A stretch of DNA of 63,999 bases, the filler included, from Sanchytrium tribonematis (taxonomy: Eukaryota): NCBI GenBank assembly GCA_018985235.1. It is 22 parts of 22 records of this genome, joined end to end, with 100 filler letters (N's around TTAATTAATTAA, not from the genome) between each part and the next. Parts side by side here need not be neighbours in the genome. Positions count along the whole stretch, not along the records: positions 1 to 1,427 come from JADGIG010001287.1; positions 1,528 to 18,546 come from JADGIG010000127.1; 20 more parts are not named here. One strand, 5' to 3'. Positions within the stretch are counted from its first letter, which is position 1. Each line of letters begins with the position of its first letter. The translations under genes were made by a program, and so were the position numbers. The notes beneath the pieces are model-generated. The model was given only the letters and a program-made list of their open reading frames with translations. It was not told where the DNA came from and made no database searches. Below are positions 1 to 11,052 of this stretch, one piece after another.

Positions 1-59
1 CCAACTACACTAGGAATCTGATGGTATTGTTTTCATGTCAATGACATGAAATGATCCCT

Positions 60-497
60 TTAATAAATTCTTCTTCTTCTTCTTCTGGGCATTGATTCAG
101 GATCATAACAGTAATATCTGAAATAGGTTAGAGTGGGAAATGTATCTATTTGTATTGTAATACCGTATGAGTATAGCAATTCTAATACTTTTAAAGAAGC
201 TGGGAGAAATTTTATAATCAAATGTTTTCGACTAGCATTCAAATCTAAGACACGTAAATTTGGGGGTAAATGGATCTCTGGGGTATTTCTGTAAGAATAA
301 TCATATACAAATCCCCAATGTAATTCCACGACTCTGTCATTCTCACAAACAACTCCGACTCCCAAACAACAATCTTTCTCGTATTGAATAAAATATTCGG
401 TAAATGTATATTTGATATCCAAATCAAGTGCTAGTTGAATGACAACCGGACAGTCTATAGAGACAGTTATTAGTAATATCAACAAGAGCGCGTACAT
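60..497 (-). CDS. Secreted LRR / L-domain-like protein (plant LRRNT-type CC-GVxC cap), possibly frameshifted at the 3' end
   Basis: Signal-peptide-like start, DC..CCLGVGVVC..RVVELHW cap, then LPPNLRVLDL and LPASLKVLEL repeats; paralogous to 29239-30218; ends in an (AGA)5 run. Confidence 0.55.
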   Translation of the reverse strand: MYALLLILLITVSIDCPVVIQLALDLDIKYTFTEYFIQYEKDCCLGVGVVCENDRVVELHWGFVYDYSYRNTPEIHLPPNLRVLDLNASRKHLIIKFLPASLKVLELLYSYGITIQIDTFPTLTYFRYYCYDPESMPRRRRRRIY

Positions 498-870
498 TTG
501 AAGATGGGTAATTTTATTACAAATATTTTATGAAACAATATTTTTTAAATATCTGCTGACTTAACATGTATTCTATGGCTATATTATTAAAGCATGATGT
601 TGCTTATCCTCATTAACTCATGAATTTTTTGACTTTGATCAATTATAATGTACTTTCTTGATTATTTTTCGTGTCTTAACAATTTGAAAATATGACATCA
701 AATTTTATAAAGTCGCGCAGGAGTATTTGTCAAATAATACTCGGTATAGTGCGTCTGAAGTAAGGATAAATTTGTATATTCTGGATAATTAGAGTCATTT
801 CGAACCATTAGAATATGAACTGTACTTGTACTATTTGAGTGGGAATGAATTGATATTGTAAATAAAAAAT

Positions 871-1362
871 TTATTTGATGAGTGCTTTGAAATCGGGTGA
901 TTTTGCTGGCAATTTTTTGGAGGTAACTGGTTGGGCTGGTACTTCGATACTCCTTGTGTCAGGTATTGTAGAGGGATCGCTGAGTCTATTTAATGAGGGA
1001 GCATCATTGACTGGTTGTGGTTCAAGTGCGTTTTTTGCACCTGTTACTTCAGTTCTCAAACTATGTTCTGCAATTTGGGCAGTTGAAGCATCTTTTTGAG
1101 TTTCTCTAACGTCAGTAAACTCTTCATCACATTTTTGAAATCGGGTTTCCAGCTTTTTTTTATGTTCGGGGTCATTTTTAAAGAGCTCCATATGATTCAA
1201 AGTGATTTTAGTTTCCTTATACTTTCTCTCACTGTATCCTTGTTCTTCTAAAAACTTTTGCAATTCACGGGGATTGTTCATCCTACTTTTTGATTGACTC
1301 AATATAACTTTTAATTTAGCAACCTCTGCTTCTAATCCTACTTCCCAACCCTCAAAAGACAT
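871..1362 (-). CDS. Hypothetical helical-bundle protein with low-complexity C-terminus
   Basis: 163-aa ATG-initiated ORF, charged amphipathic helices, stop overlapping AATAAA. Confidence 0.5.
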   Translation of the reverse strand: MSFEGWEVGLEAEVAKLKVILSQSKSRMNNPRELQKFLEEQGYSERKYKETKITLNHMELFKNDPEHKKKLETRFQKCDEEFTDVRETQKDASTAQIAEHSLRTEVTGAKNALEPQPVNDAPSLNRLSDPSTIPDTRSIEVPAQPVTSKKLPAKSPDFKALIK

Positions 1363-1427
1363 TGTTGCGACTTTGACTTTAATAGAAAGTTCCGCGAAAT
1401 TTATAAATTCAGCGATTTGTTTTTCGG

Positions 1428-1527
1428 NNNNNNNNNNNNNNNNNNNNNNNNNNNNNNNNNNNNNNNNNNNNTTAATTAATTAANNNNNNNNNNNNNNNNN
1501 NNNNNNNNNNNNNNNNNNNNNNNNNNN
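1428..1527. other. Artificial contig-joining linker (N-run + TTAATTAATTAA + N-run); recurs about 21 times in the window
   Basis: Same 100-nt layout at every gap, stops in all six frames; flanking contigs are unrelated. Confidence 0.98.
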
Positions 1528-1774
1528 CAGGTATTAAACCAGAGATACAGCAACCAATATGTCTGTCTAATTTGTGCATTGAAGTGACCGTATTTGGATC
1601 CATGAGTTTCGAAGGTACTTTCTTTTGTGTAATCAGAACAGCATTCCCTTCAGAAGTTATACCAATGCAAGTATTCTGGGAGTTTGTTATAGCTTTAAAT
1701 GCGTATTCAACCTGGTATAAACGACCCTCTGGTGAAAATACTGAAATATTTCGATCAAACCCCGAAGTTGACAT
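1528..1774 (-). CDS. SCL1: 20S proteasome alpha-1 (alpha type-6) subunit, 3'-partial
   Basis: GFDRNISVFSPEGRLYQVEYAFKAI signature. Confidence 0.93.
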
Positions 1775-1800
1775 TTGCCGTTACAAAAAATCAGACACAT

Positions 1801-3928
1801 TTATTGTGGCATTGAACTTTCGGACCAATTTAGCTTCTCAAAACCTGGTTCCGATATTATGTGATGATTTTTCAACAATTTTGCGCTGCATTCCGCCATT
1901 GTTTTGGAATTTCTAGAAATTGGGTCAGTCATATAAAAATTTGAAACCAATTGAGGCAATGACAAAGCTAGTTCTGAATCCTTCGAAGTACCTTCAATAT
2001 TTGAATCCTTTAAAGAATTCGAAGGAATCGAATCTAAGGATTCAAAAACAGGTGATAATTTAGTAATACGAGTACGTAGTTCTTTCTTTGAGTTGTAAGG
2101 TAAATTTAATTCACATACTTCACCCAATGCACGGATTATTTGCCAGTCTTCTCTAGCAACTCCAGGAGCAGTGTTGGCTTTTGATGTTATAAATGCTTTA
2201 CCCTCAAGATTAACATATGTGCTTGACTTTTCGGTATATGCAAAACCCTAAATTAACGATTAATACAGGTAAAATTAAATTTGCGATACTGGCGCCATAA
2301 TCACCATGGTGGCCTTGATATATTACAAAAGCGTCCTCTGGGACTTCTTGTGACTCGTCTGAGTTTAGTAGATAAACTAATTTAGGCGTGATATCAACAG
2401 GATCTGAAATTCCAAGTTCGTAAAAGCTGCTATTTCCAATAGAAACTGATAGGTTGTTAAAGACAGTTTTTTCATTGATCTTTTTAAGGCTGTCAATAAA
2501 TTTTAAAGTAGCATTCGATCCCGATACTCCATTTCCACAGATAACCACAGGTTTTTTCGACTTTTTTAACTTTTCGATAAACAGTTTGTCATTTAAGAGT
2601 TCCGATAAAGATTTAGTTCCATTACCTGCGTATGAGTAGCCATAATTAAGGTCATATTTTGGACCATTTAAAAAAATGTCAGCACCCTTTAAATAAGCTT
2701 TTCGAATCCTTATGTTCAGGATTGCTGCTTCAGTTCTTGGATTTGTTCCGATGAGGAGAATTAAGTCAGAGTCTTCCAGGTTATTAATTGATGTGTTGAA
2801 AGAGTAACTATGACGAACTGTGAGATCACAAACAGCTGCTTTGTTCTTCAAATTAAAATCGAGCCAAATTCTACCGTCCAAATTGTGAACTAAATCCTTA
2901 AGAGCGACAATAGACTCGGTGTCAGCCAAAGATCCTACTACACCGGCAATCTTGTTGCCAGCTTTAGCAACTTGTTCTTGAAATATGTTAAAAGCCTGTT
3001 GCCAAGTTATTGGGACGAATTCCTCGTTGTTTCTAACCATTGGTACTGAAAGACGCTGTACTGAGAGCCCATCGATTGCATGTCTGGTTTTATCACTGAT
3101 CCATTCCTCATTAATTTCGTCATTAATTCTGGGTAAAACTCTCATTACATCATTGCCTCGAGTATCGATTCGAATGAAGCTACCACAGGCATCAAAGACA
3201 TCTACACTTTCCGTTTTCGTCAGTTCCCACGGTCTTGCCTTAAAGGCATAAGGCTTAGCTGTCAACGCTCCAACAGGGCATAGATCTACAATGTTTCCAC
3301 TCAATTCTGATGGGATCATTTTATCAACATATGTTCCGATTTGAATGTCATTTCCTCGGCCACTAGTTCCTAATTCAACGGCTCCTGCAATGTCATTGGC
3401 AAATCTCACGCAACGTGTACAATGAATGCAACGATTCATAGACGTTTTAACAATCGGTCCCAGGTTTTTATCTTCAACAGCGCGCTTATTTCCTCCAAGC
3501 GCTTCTCCTTTAATCTCTGATGAAAATCTAGACTTGTCATTTCCAAATGACATTGATTGATCTTGAAGGTCACACTCGCCGCCTTGATCACAAATGGGGC
3601 AGTCCAAGGGATGATTTGCAAGTAAAAATTCCATCACGCCTTCTCTAGCTTGCTTAACTTTCGGTGAATCTGTAAATACCTTCATGTTTGGCATAACAGG
3701 ATAAGCGCAGCTTGCGATAGGTTTGGGAACTTTTTCGACCTCGACTAAACACATTCTGCAATTTCCAGCGATATTTAGTTTTTCATGATAACAAAATCTA
3801 GGAATTTCGATATTTGCCAAAGCTATTGCTTCAATTAATGGCATTCCCGGTGTACATTTGACTGTCTTATTATTGACGAAAATTTCTATCAATTTAGGCG
3901 CTTGATTGAAAATTTTCGAAAAAATCAT
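1801..3928 (-). CDS. NDUFS1: NADH:ubiquinone oxidoreductase 75-kDa subunit (2 exons)
   Basis: IPRFCYH, GNCRMC, HPLDCPICDQGGECDLQDQ and RCIHCTRC motifs; removing intron 2248-2266 gives ILPGFAYTEKSSTYVNLEG and joins the frame of ORF 1801-2127 (FYMTDPISRNSKTMAEC). Confidence 0.96.
2248..2266 (-). other. 19-nt spliceosomal intron GTATTAATCGTTAATTTAG
   Basis: Removal restores the LPGxAYTEK motif of NDUFS1. Confidence 0.92.
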
Positions 3929-3959
3929 TGATTTCCGTTGTTTGAAAAAATTTAATAGT

Positions 3960-4658
3960 TTATTGTGTAATTTTCAATCCAAAGAAGCATACTACCTGGT
4001 AAAATCCCAGCCGCGCAATTTCAATGCATAAGGCAAGATTGGGAAGTCCAATAAAAAGGGAAAGTATCTCCAATATTCCTAAAGTGTGCACTGCGGCAAA
4101 TGAAAAACATCCCTTTCGGTGCCAATCTGTAGTTTGTTGAATGTCCTTATTCCCAACCAATGAAGGAGGAATATACACTTCCTCGAATTCTATTTTCTTG
4201 TACAGTCTTAAGTAGAATGGATTTCTTCTTTCTCTGGTTGTTATTCCGATGGCGAACTCATCGGCTGAGTTTTTGTTCACAAAAGAAGCGAGCACAAGAC
4301 CATGAGCAGACATCCAAATGAGTCCGGTAAGAAAAGGCACGACCTCTGGAAGAAAAAGCAGAATTAAGCAAATCCATGAAAGTACAGTAAATTCGTATAC
4401 TCTCAGTCGAACAATTGGCCTCCTGTATGCGTAAACAGTTAATAACACCCAATTCCCAACTAGAAATACTACTGTACGAATAATCGGAAATAATATTGGA
4501 ATTGACAACGACACACAAATAGGAGCCAAAACACAGCATGCGAATGATATTGTTAAAGTTGTTTGAAATTTGGTTTTACATCTAAACGTTGCTTTCGCAA
4601 AATAAATGCACTCTATCGCTAATACTACGGAAAGGATGATTGCAATAATTCCAAACAT
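3960..4658 (-). CDS. Multi-pass membrane protein, unknown family
   Basis: About 6-7 hydrophobic segments; start codon uncertain. Confidence 0.55.
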   Translation of the reverse strand: MFGIIAIILSVVLAIECIYFAKATFRCKTKFQTTLTISFACCVLAPICVSLSIPILFPIIRTVVFLVGNWVLLTVYAYRRPIVRLRVYEFTVLSWICLILLFLPEVVPFLTGLIWMSAHGLVLASFVNKNSADEFAIGITTRERRNPFYLRLYKKIEFEEVYIPPSLVGNKDIQQTTDWHRKGCFSFAAVHTLGILEILSLFIGLPNLALCIEIARLGFYQVVCFFGLKITQ

Positions 4659-4719
4659 ATCCCAAGGGGAAACCAATGGTGGCACATATAGTCCCCATTT
4701 GCATTGTCATAGATCTAAT

Positions 4720-5601
4720 TTATTGATTAGCACAAAGCATTGCTTGATCATTTGACAAAATTGCAATCCCCACTTTGCTAACAGTTCCAATTTTTACCAC
4801 CATTGATCTCAAGGTAGACTCAACAAGACCTACTTTATATTTTTTAGGGTAAACTAATTTTGCTGACCAAATTTCGTTCCCGTTTGATGCCCAGATGTTG
4901 TTTTTATAAAAATCAATCCATGTGGGAGCCGAGGTGGCAGTCAAATTGGCGACTGTCTCATTTTTTGCAACTGAGAATAATTTCAATAAAGATCCTTTAG
5001 TGTAAGCCAAAAGTTCATTGGAAGGATTCCATGATACATATCCTATGTTACTGTCAATTGAAAAAGTATTTTTTCCTTTTGTTAAAAACATGTTATAACC
5101 ATTCCATAGAAAATTAGAATCCTGAGACAAAGACAAAATTTGCTTCTTAGCCTGAACAAAGTTTGTAGTTTCCTTACTCAAGACAGTACTTTCTAAGGTC
5201 GCCTTAAAAGTATATTTACCTAATTTTAAAGTTTTAATGCTCTTGATTCCATGTTGATCGACCACAATTAGCGAAATTGCATATTTGCGATTATAAAATG
5301 GGAATTCAGCAACGCTATTGAGACCAATGATTGTCTCGTCACTAGAATAAATTTTTTCAAAAGTTTTCTTAATGTGTTCAATCCTATATAGACTGTTGCT
5401 GCAAACAGCATAAGAGCTGTCTCCTAGATTAATTAAGTGAGAGCAATCTTTCAAGCCTTCTTGGCAAACTAGTTCGACTTTAGTACTAGGACTTGGATAA
5501 ACTTTGACATTATAAGAATATATAGCAAAAATTAGTATAGAGGCAGATACCAACTTCCTTAATGAAATCGGAAATAGGTCAGAAAATGAGATATCTGTCA
5601 T
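4720..5601 (-). CDS. Hypothetical membrane-anchored beta-rich (propeller-like) protein
   Basis: 293-aa ORF, N-terminal hydrophobic anchor, WD-like strands (VSWNPSNELLAY). Confidence 0.5.
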   Translation of the reverse strand: MTDISFSDLFPISLRKLVSASILIFAIYSYNVKVYPSPSTKVELVCQEGLKDCSHLINLGDSSYAVCSNSLYRIEHIKKTFEKIYSSDETIIGLNSVAEFPFYNRKYAISLIVVDQHGIKSIKTLKLGKYTFKATLESTVLSKETTNFVQAKKQILSLSQDSNFLWNGYNMFLTKGKNTFSIDSNIGYVSWNPSNELLAYTKGSLLKLFSVAKNETVANLTATSAPTWIDFYKNNIWASNGNEIWSAKLVYPKKYKVGLVESTLRSMVVKIGTVSKVGIAILSNDQAMLCANQ

Positions 5602-5665
5602 GACTCAAAATAAGATTGACCTTTCAAATAAAAAAATTTAAAATTTTTGCAAACTCGGAGATACA

Positions 5666-6487
5666 ATGAGCAGATTTCGTCAGTTATTATCAGGAGCTGG
5701 AGGTTTAACGACTTTGGTCGTAGGATCTCTTGTCGTGCGAAATGGATTGTTCAACGTAGATGGGGGACATAGAGCTGTTCTGTATTCAAGACTTAACGGA
5801 GTTTCTGAACGCATTTATCCTGAAGGGACACATTTCATTTTACCTTGGTTTGAGAGAGCTTACATGTTTGACATTCGTGCAAAACCTCATAATATTTCCT
5901 CACTTACAGGAAGTAAAGATCTTCAAATGGTCAATATCACACTTAGGGTTTTAAGTAGACCTGATCCAACACAATTGCCTTGGATTTTTAAATTTATTGG
6001 AATGGATTTTGACCAAGTTGTTTTGCCTTCTATTGTAAATGAAATTCTCAAAGCTGTAGTTGCCCAATTTAACGCATCTCAATTAATTACTCAGAGAGAC
6101 AAAGTGAGCCGCATGATACGAGATGCGCTAGTTAAGAGAGCAGGAAAATTTAAAATTATTTTGGACGATGTTTCCATAACTCATTTGACATTTTCGCCAC
6201 AATTTATGTCTGCAGTCGAGAGTAAGCAAATTGCACAACAACAGGCTCAAAGAGCTCAATTCATTGTCGAGAGGGCAAAGCAGGACAAAGAAGCTACGAT
6301 TGTAAAAGCTCAAGGAGAAGCAAAAAGTGCTGAACTAATTGGTTTAGCCGTAAAAAACAAGCCTGGATTTATCACACTTCGTTCATTAGAAGCTGCTAAA
6401 GATATTGCAGAACTGATTTCCAAAGGAAGCAACAAGATTGTTCTTGATTCTGACCTATTATTAATGAATGATCTCGGTCGTAAATAA
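5666..6487 (+). CDS. PHB2: Prohibitin-2
   Basis: [47 protein letters not shown]. Confidence 0.95.
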   Translation: MSRFRQLLSGAGGLTTLVVGSLVVRNGLFNVDGGHRAVLYSRLNGVSERIYPEGTHFILPWFERAYMFDIRAKPHNISSLTGSKDLQMVNITLRVLSRPDPTQLPWIFKFIGMDFDQVVLPSIVNEILKAVVAQFNASQLITQRDKVSRMIRDALVKRAGKFKIILDDVSITHLTFSPQFMSAVESKQIAQQQAQRAQFIVERAKQDKEATIVKAQGEAKSAELIGLAVKNKPGFITLRSLEAAKDIAELISKGSNKIVLDSDLLLMNDLGRK

Positions 6488-6527
6488 ATACTTTTCAGTC
6501 ATTATATTGTTCAATCTCCTTCATACC

Positions 6528-7253
6528 ATGAAAAATCCCTATAAGATACTTGGGGTTTCGAAAACAGCTACCAAGAAAGAGATCAAAAAAGCCTACTATA
6601 AATTATCACTAAAATATCACCCAGATAAATTGGACGGTAAAGACGAAAAATTTAAGGAAGTGGTCGTAGCGTACAAAGTACTAACAGAGCATCGGGATGC
6701 TTATGATAATGGAGAAATGATCAATGAAAAAGAGGTATGGGAAAAGTGGAACGAACTTGATGCTATGAAGAAAAAATATCAAAGTAGCTCTGAAGAAAAA
6801 GAAGATATTATTGCTGCTTATATAAAATCAAAGGGCAAAATGGAAGAAATATTCAATGCAATTCCGTTTGTCACGCTAGACGATGAGGACCGTATTGTGA
6901 GTATCATCACAAGTGCTGTAAACAACGAGGGCGTGAAACGTTATCGAAAATTTTTTGAAGAGAAGGAAGTTGATAAGAAAAAACGTAGGAAGATTTTAGA
7001 GGACGAGGAAGTAGAAGCGGAAGTAGCAAAAAAAGATCTGATGGAGCATATGAAAGCCAGGTATCATGTAGAGTCAAAAGATATGGAAGGGAAAAACTTG
7101 GAAGATTTAGGACTAATTTTGAAAGATAGACAAAAATCTTCTTGGCACTCTATGATAAAAGGAATCGAGGAAAGATACGGTAGTGTCGAGGATGATGAAG
7201 TTATTGATTTTAGCGTCAAAAAGAAGAAGAAAAAGAAGTCGAAAAAAAATTAA
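6528..7253 (+). CDS. DnaJ-domain protein, DNAJC9-like
   Basis: J domain with HPD; YxxSxEEKEDI..Y...KG.M; C-terminal '[10 protein letters not shown]' and Lys-rich NLS; likely ATG at 6528. Confidence 0.8.
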   Translation: MKNPYKILGVSKTATKKEIKKAYYKLSLKYHPDKLDGKDEKFKEVVVAYKVLTEHRDAYDNGEMINEKEVWEKWNELDAMKKKYQSSSEEKEDIIAAYIKSKGKMEEIFNAIPFVTLDDEDRIVSIITSAVNNEGVKRYRKFFEEKEVDKKKRRKILEDEEVEAEVAKKDLMEHMKARYHVESKDMEGKNLEDLGLILKDRQKSSWHSMIKGIEERYGSVEDDEVIDFSVKKKKKKKSKKN

Positions 7254-7279
7254 ATTAAATTTAATAGAGTAAAATACAA

Positions 7280-8120
7280 TTAAACCACTCCAGTAGCATT
7301 TCTCAGCTCTTCTCCATTTTTAGATTCTATTGGGCTATTTTCCATCAATCTATATAAAAATAAACTACCTGTATTTTTCAGAGGTCTTTTGTTGCTCATA
7401 AACAACAATTTTTTTCTTTCCAAATATCTTTTCCATGAATTGATCAATTTTAATGGATGGCGTTAAGAACCAGCCTCTGATTTGAGAAGGAAAAAAAGTT
7501 GAAAGTGAAAAGGTCGCACTTCTATCACCCTTAATGTACGTTCTACCCAAAACATATATCTTGAAAAATCGCAAGTAAATCCAGGCTGTCAAAAATGCTG
7601 TAAATACGTTTATAAAACTTGTGAATGAAAATGAAAGTATGCAAAACATTGAATGGGTCAGTAAATAGACCCCAGCTGTATGTTTAAATCGAATAATATT
7701 GACATTACCAATTTTTATCATGTGTTCCGGTATTAGCTGCTTAAATGCCACCAAGTATGCTACCAAAAGACCCTGGAGTCCCTCTAGTCTTGTATACATG
7801 TGGTCGAAATTCATTAGAATTAACGATTTAATAAATGCATAAATTGTAAAAATTGAGGCAGTAGTCACGCTAATAATAACAAAAAAATTCAAGTACTCTT
7901 TGAGACCCCATCTTTTAATAAAATAAGTTAGACAATTTATATGCACAAATAAATAAATAACAAATAGATACCACTCATCATCGACTAATGAATTAGTGAA
8001 AATTGTCCAGACAAAATAAAATTTCATTGGAACATAAGTGATTGGAAATCCATATATAAATAAAATATATAAGAAGATCGATATAATTGCGGAAGTAATT
8101 TGAATGACTACTTTTGACAT
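7280..8120 (-). CDS. TMEM115-like (DUF1751) Golgi membrane protein (2 exons)
   Basis: WTIFT, LVAFKQLIPEH, WIYLRFF and GDRSATFSLSTFFP motifs; predicted intron 7350-7368. Confidence 0.85.
7350..7368 (-). other. 19-nt intron GTAGTTTATTTTTATATAG
   Basis: Matches the window consensus; removes a TAG and extends the ORF to 7280; no conserved motif confirms it. Confidence 0.65.
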
Positions 8121-8410
8121 TCCAAAATTACGTTTCAGATTAAAAGTCGACGCATTTCACGGTTTATGTTCTATATTTTAGCACTATAGAATATAGTACT
8201 GAAATGCATGTAACCTAATAATCAAAGACAGAAGTTGTGAAGTGCTTCTAATCTTTTCTTGAGTATATGATTTCTTTGTCAAAGTTACATTTTGGACATT
8301 ACCCGATTATCTTATTGTGAAATTATCTTATTTTCTTAATTTGTCGCCAATTTGTATTCCCAACTCACATCAGTGACGTACTCAGTTTCAGATACTCAAC
8401 ATAAAAGTGA

Positions 8411-11009
8411 ATGGTTCTCTATTTTTTCTGGTTGCTTACAGTCGCTAATGAAAACCACTTTCCAGTTGAATATTTTGAATATATAAATTATGCCAGCATC
8501 AATGTGGTTAAAAGGGGTGATCAGCCAAGCATTTACAAACGGGATTATTTGGGAGTCGAACATGACGATGAGTTTATTTTATCCTTTAACGCATATAATA
8601 AGACAATGGCTTTACATCTCAAACCTTCTACAATCAGTCGGGAAATTAAACTGACCACCGTATACGACGAATCATCGACTGAAAAGATATTTCGACCAAA
8701 ATTATTTTCAGGATCAGTAATTGACCACCATCAAGATGGTGTATCATCTGAAAACCAATTCTCGATAGCTTCTGTACTCATTAAAGAAGATTCCTTCACT
8801 TCTAGGAATCAAAATGGAGATGAATTTCCTATCACTCAATTTGAAGGGAAAATTGTAATTGATGACGAAACGTATCATATTCAAACAGTTGAGAACTATT
8901 CAAAGTTAAGAAAGAGAAGTGACGCCGTAGTATCAGATCCTATCGGAAGGTCAGAATTAGACAAAAACGCGCAACTTATTATATACAAAAATAGCGATAT
9001 GGGAAAAGGAAAAGAAGAAAAGTGGGAATGTGGAACTGATCACATCATCCACGATATGCCAGAAGTCCTTAAGAAAGATATTAAATTACGACTTAAAAAA
9101 AGAGAAGCAACTATATCACCAGGTTGTCCAGGATCATTAAAAGAATTATACATTGGAACTGCAATGGATTGCACGTATGTTGCAAAATATGGTGGTACGG
9201 AGAATGCGAAATCGCAACTTTTGCAGCAAATGGATGTAGTGAATCAATTATACAAGACCGATTTCAACATTTTGTTAGGAATAATTGAAATTGTTTCTTT
9301 TGACACATGCGGAAACCAGGCATTCAATGTCGCTTGCTCTGATTCTTATACTATCAATGATAGACTAAGTGATTTCAGTTCTTGGAGAGCTGACAACAAA
9401 GACGCTCAAGCGGGACTGTGGCATTTATTTAGTACTTGTAAATCTGATCCAGTTGTGGGATTGGCATGGATGTCTTCCGTGTGCACTACCACTAAAGTAG
9501 CTAAAACTGATAGTGGAAACACTCAATATTATTCTGGCGCAAGTGTTAGCACTTCTGGTACAACAAAAAATGACTGGGTTGTCATTGCTCATGAAATTGG
9601 GCATAATTTTGCTGCAAAACACGACTGTACTAAAACCGACACATGTACTGGATCCACAGATAACAGTTGTTGTGAATGTAGCACTGGTACAACATGTGAC
9701 TGTGGTGGCACGTTTATTATGAATCCCAGCAGTAGTTTGGTATTTACGCCCCAAGATTTCTCTTCTTGTACTAAGGGTGCCGTATGTGCTAAAGTGCCTA
9801 CTATCGCAACATGTTTAGTAGAACCGGGACTGCGTCCTTTATTGAACTTGAAGGTTTGTGGAAATGGAATTTTAGAAGAGGGCGAGGAATGTGATAATGG
9901 CAGTCATCCAAGCACTTGCTGCAATAATTGCACACTTGTAGCACCTGCTGTGTGTGATGATTTTAGCCATAACTGCTGTACAAATTGTACTATCGCCAAA
10001 TCAACGAAAGTTTGTAGACCAAGTGTGGGCTCTTGCGACATTACAGATTATTGCGATGGAAAACAAAAGACGTGCCCATCCTTCGACAAGTTTGAACCTG
10101 ATGGATTGTCTTGTACCAGTGGTTTGAATAAGGACACATATTGTGCAAGTGGACAATGTACAAATAGAGACATGCAATGCATTCTTCACGAAGTTAGTGG
10201 ACTGTCAGATGCAATTAAAGATTGGGATCCTATTACCGGATCTTGTCAGCTTTTTAAAGGCCAGTGCGATTTGTGGTGTGACTCATCAAAATTACCTTGT
10301 AGAAAATTATCAGGAACGTTCCTTGCCGGTACAAAGTGCGGCAGTGGAAATGGGGTGTGTACCAAAGACAATACGTGCACTGAGCCCGATCAAGGTAGAT
10401 AATTTTTATATAGTTGGTAAAATTTGGGAATTTATAAGTGCTAATCAAGTGTACGTTATTATTGCCGGAGTCTTATTTTTGGCGGTTTTAATATTTGCAT
10501 ACGATGCATACAAGAGAAGAAAGAGAAGACGTAGAAGACAAGTAAAAAGAGAGAAAAGAATAAAAGAACAGAGAGAATATGAGATAGATGTTCACCCAGT
10601 GAAAAAATCGAGAGTTCCTAGCGCCGATGTTGACAAGTCATACTACTACGAAGATGATTACAAGGATACCGATCTATATGAGGAAAGAAGAGCCAGCAGT
10701 TACGATGATGACGATGAATATGAAAGACCTCAAAGCGAAAGACGATCATCAAGAAGCTCCGCTGCTCCATCTAGTTCAAAAAGAACTTCTCAATCGAATG
10801 CGTACGAAAGAAGACAGTCACAGGTTAGTAGAAAATCAGCTGTGAAAGAAGAGGATGAAGATCAGTATGAAATTGAAGATGAAGACGAAATTGTAGAAGA
10901 AGTAGTCTATGAAGAGCCTCCTGCACATCAGCAGCGTCGACTTTCAGAAAGGCCTAGAACAACTACTGATGCCAACAAGAAAGATCGGCCAAAAACCATG
11001 TACGTCTAA
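8411..11009 (+). CDS. ADAM-family metalloprotease/disintegrin with TM segment and cytoplasmic tail (2 exons)
   Basis: Signal peptide, Cys-switch ECG, LKKR site, HEIGHNFAAKHD zinc motif, Met-turn FIMNP, CGNGILEEGEECD disintegrin; intron 10395-10413 joins the TM exon. Confidence 0.92.
10395..10413 (+). other. 19-nt intron GTAGATAATTTTTATATAG
   Basis: Removal fuses the ectodomain (EPDQ) in frame to VGKIWEF and the TM helix. Confidence 0.88.
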
Positions 11010-11052
11010 TAAAATTTTGAATACTTAAAAGTGACTTATTTTTTGCAAAACA

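Noticed and set aside
4715..4733. Possible 19-nt intron GTGCTAATCAATAAATTAG fusing two minus-strand ORFs
   Set aside because: Non-consensus GTG donor; splicing yields an almost immediate stop and would delete the stop-linked AATAAA.
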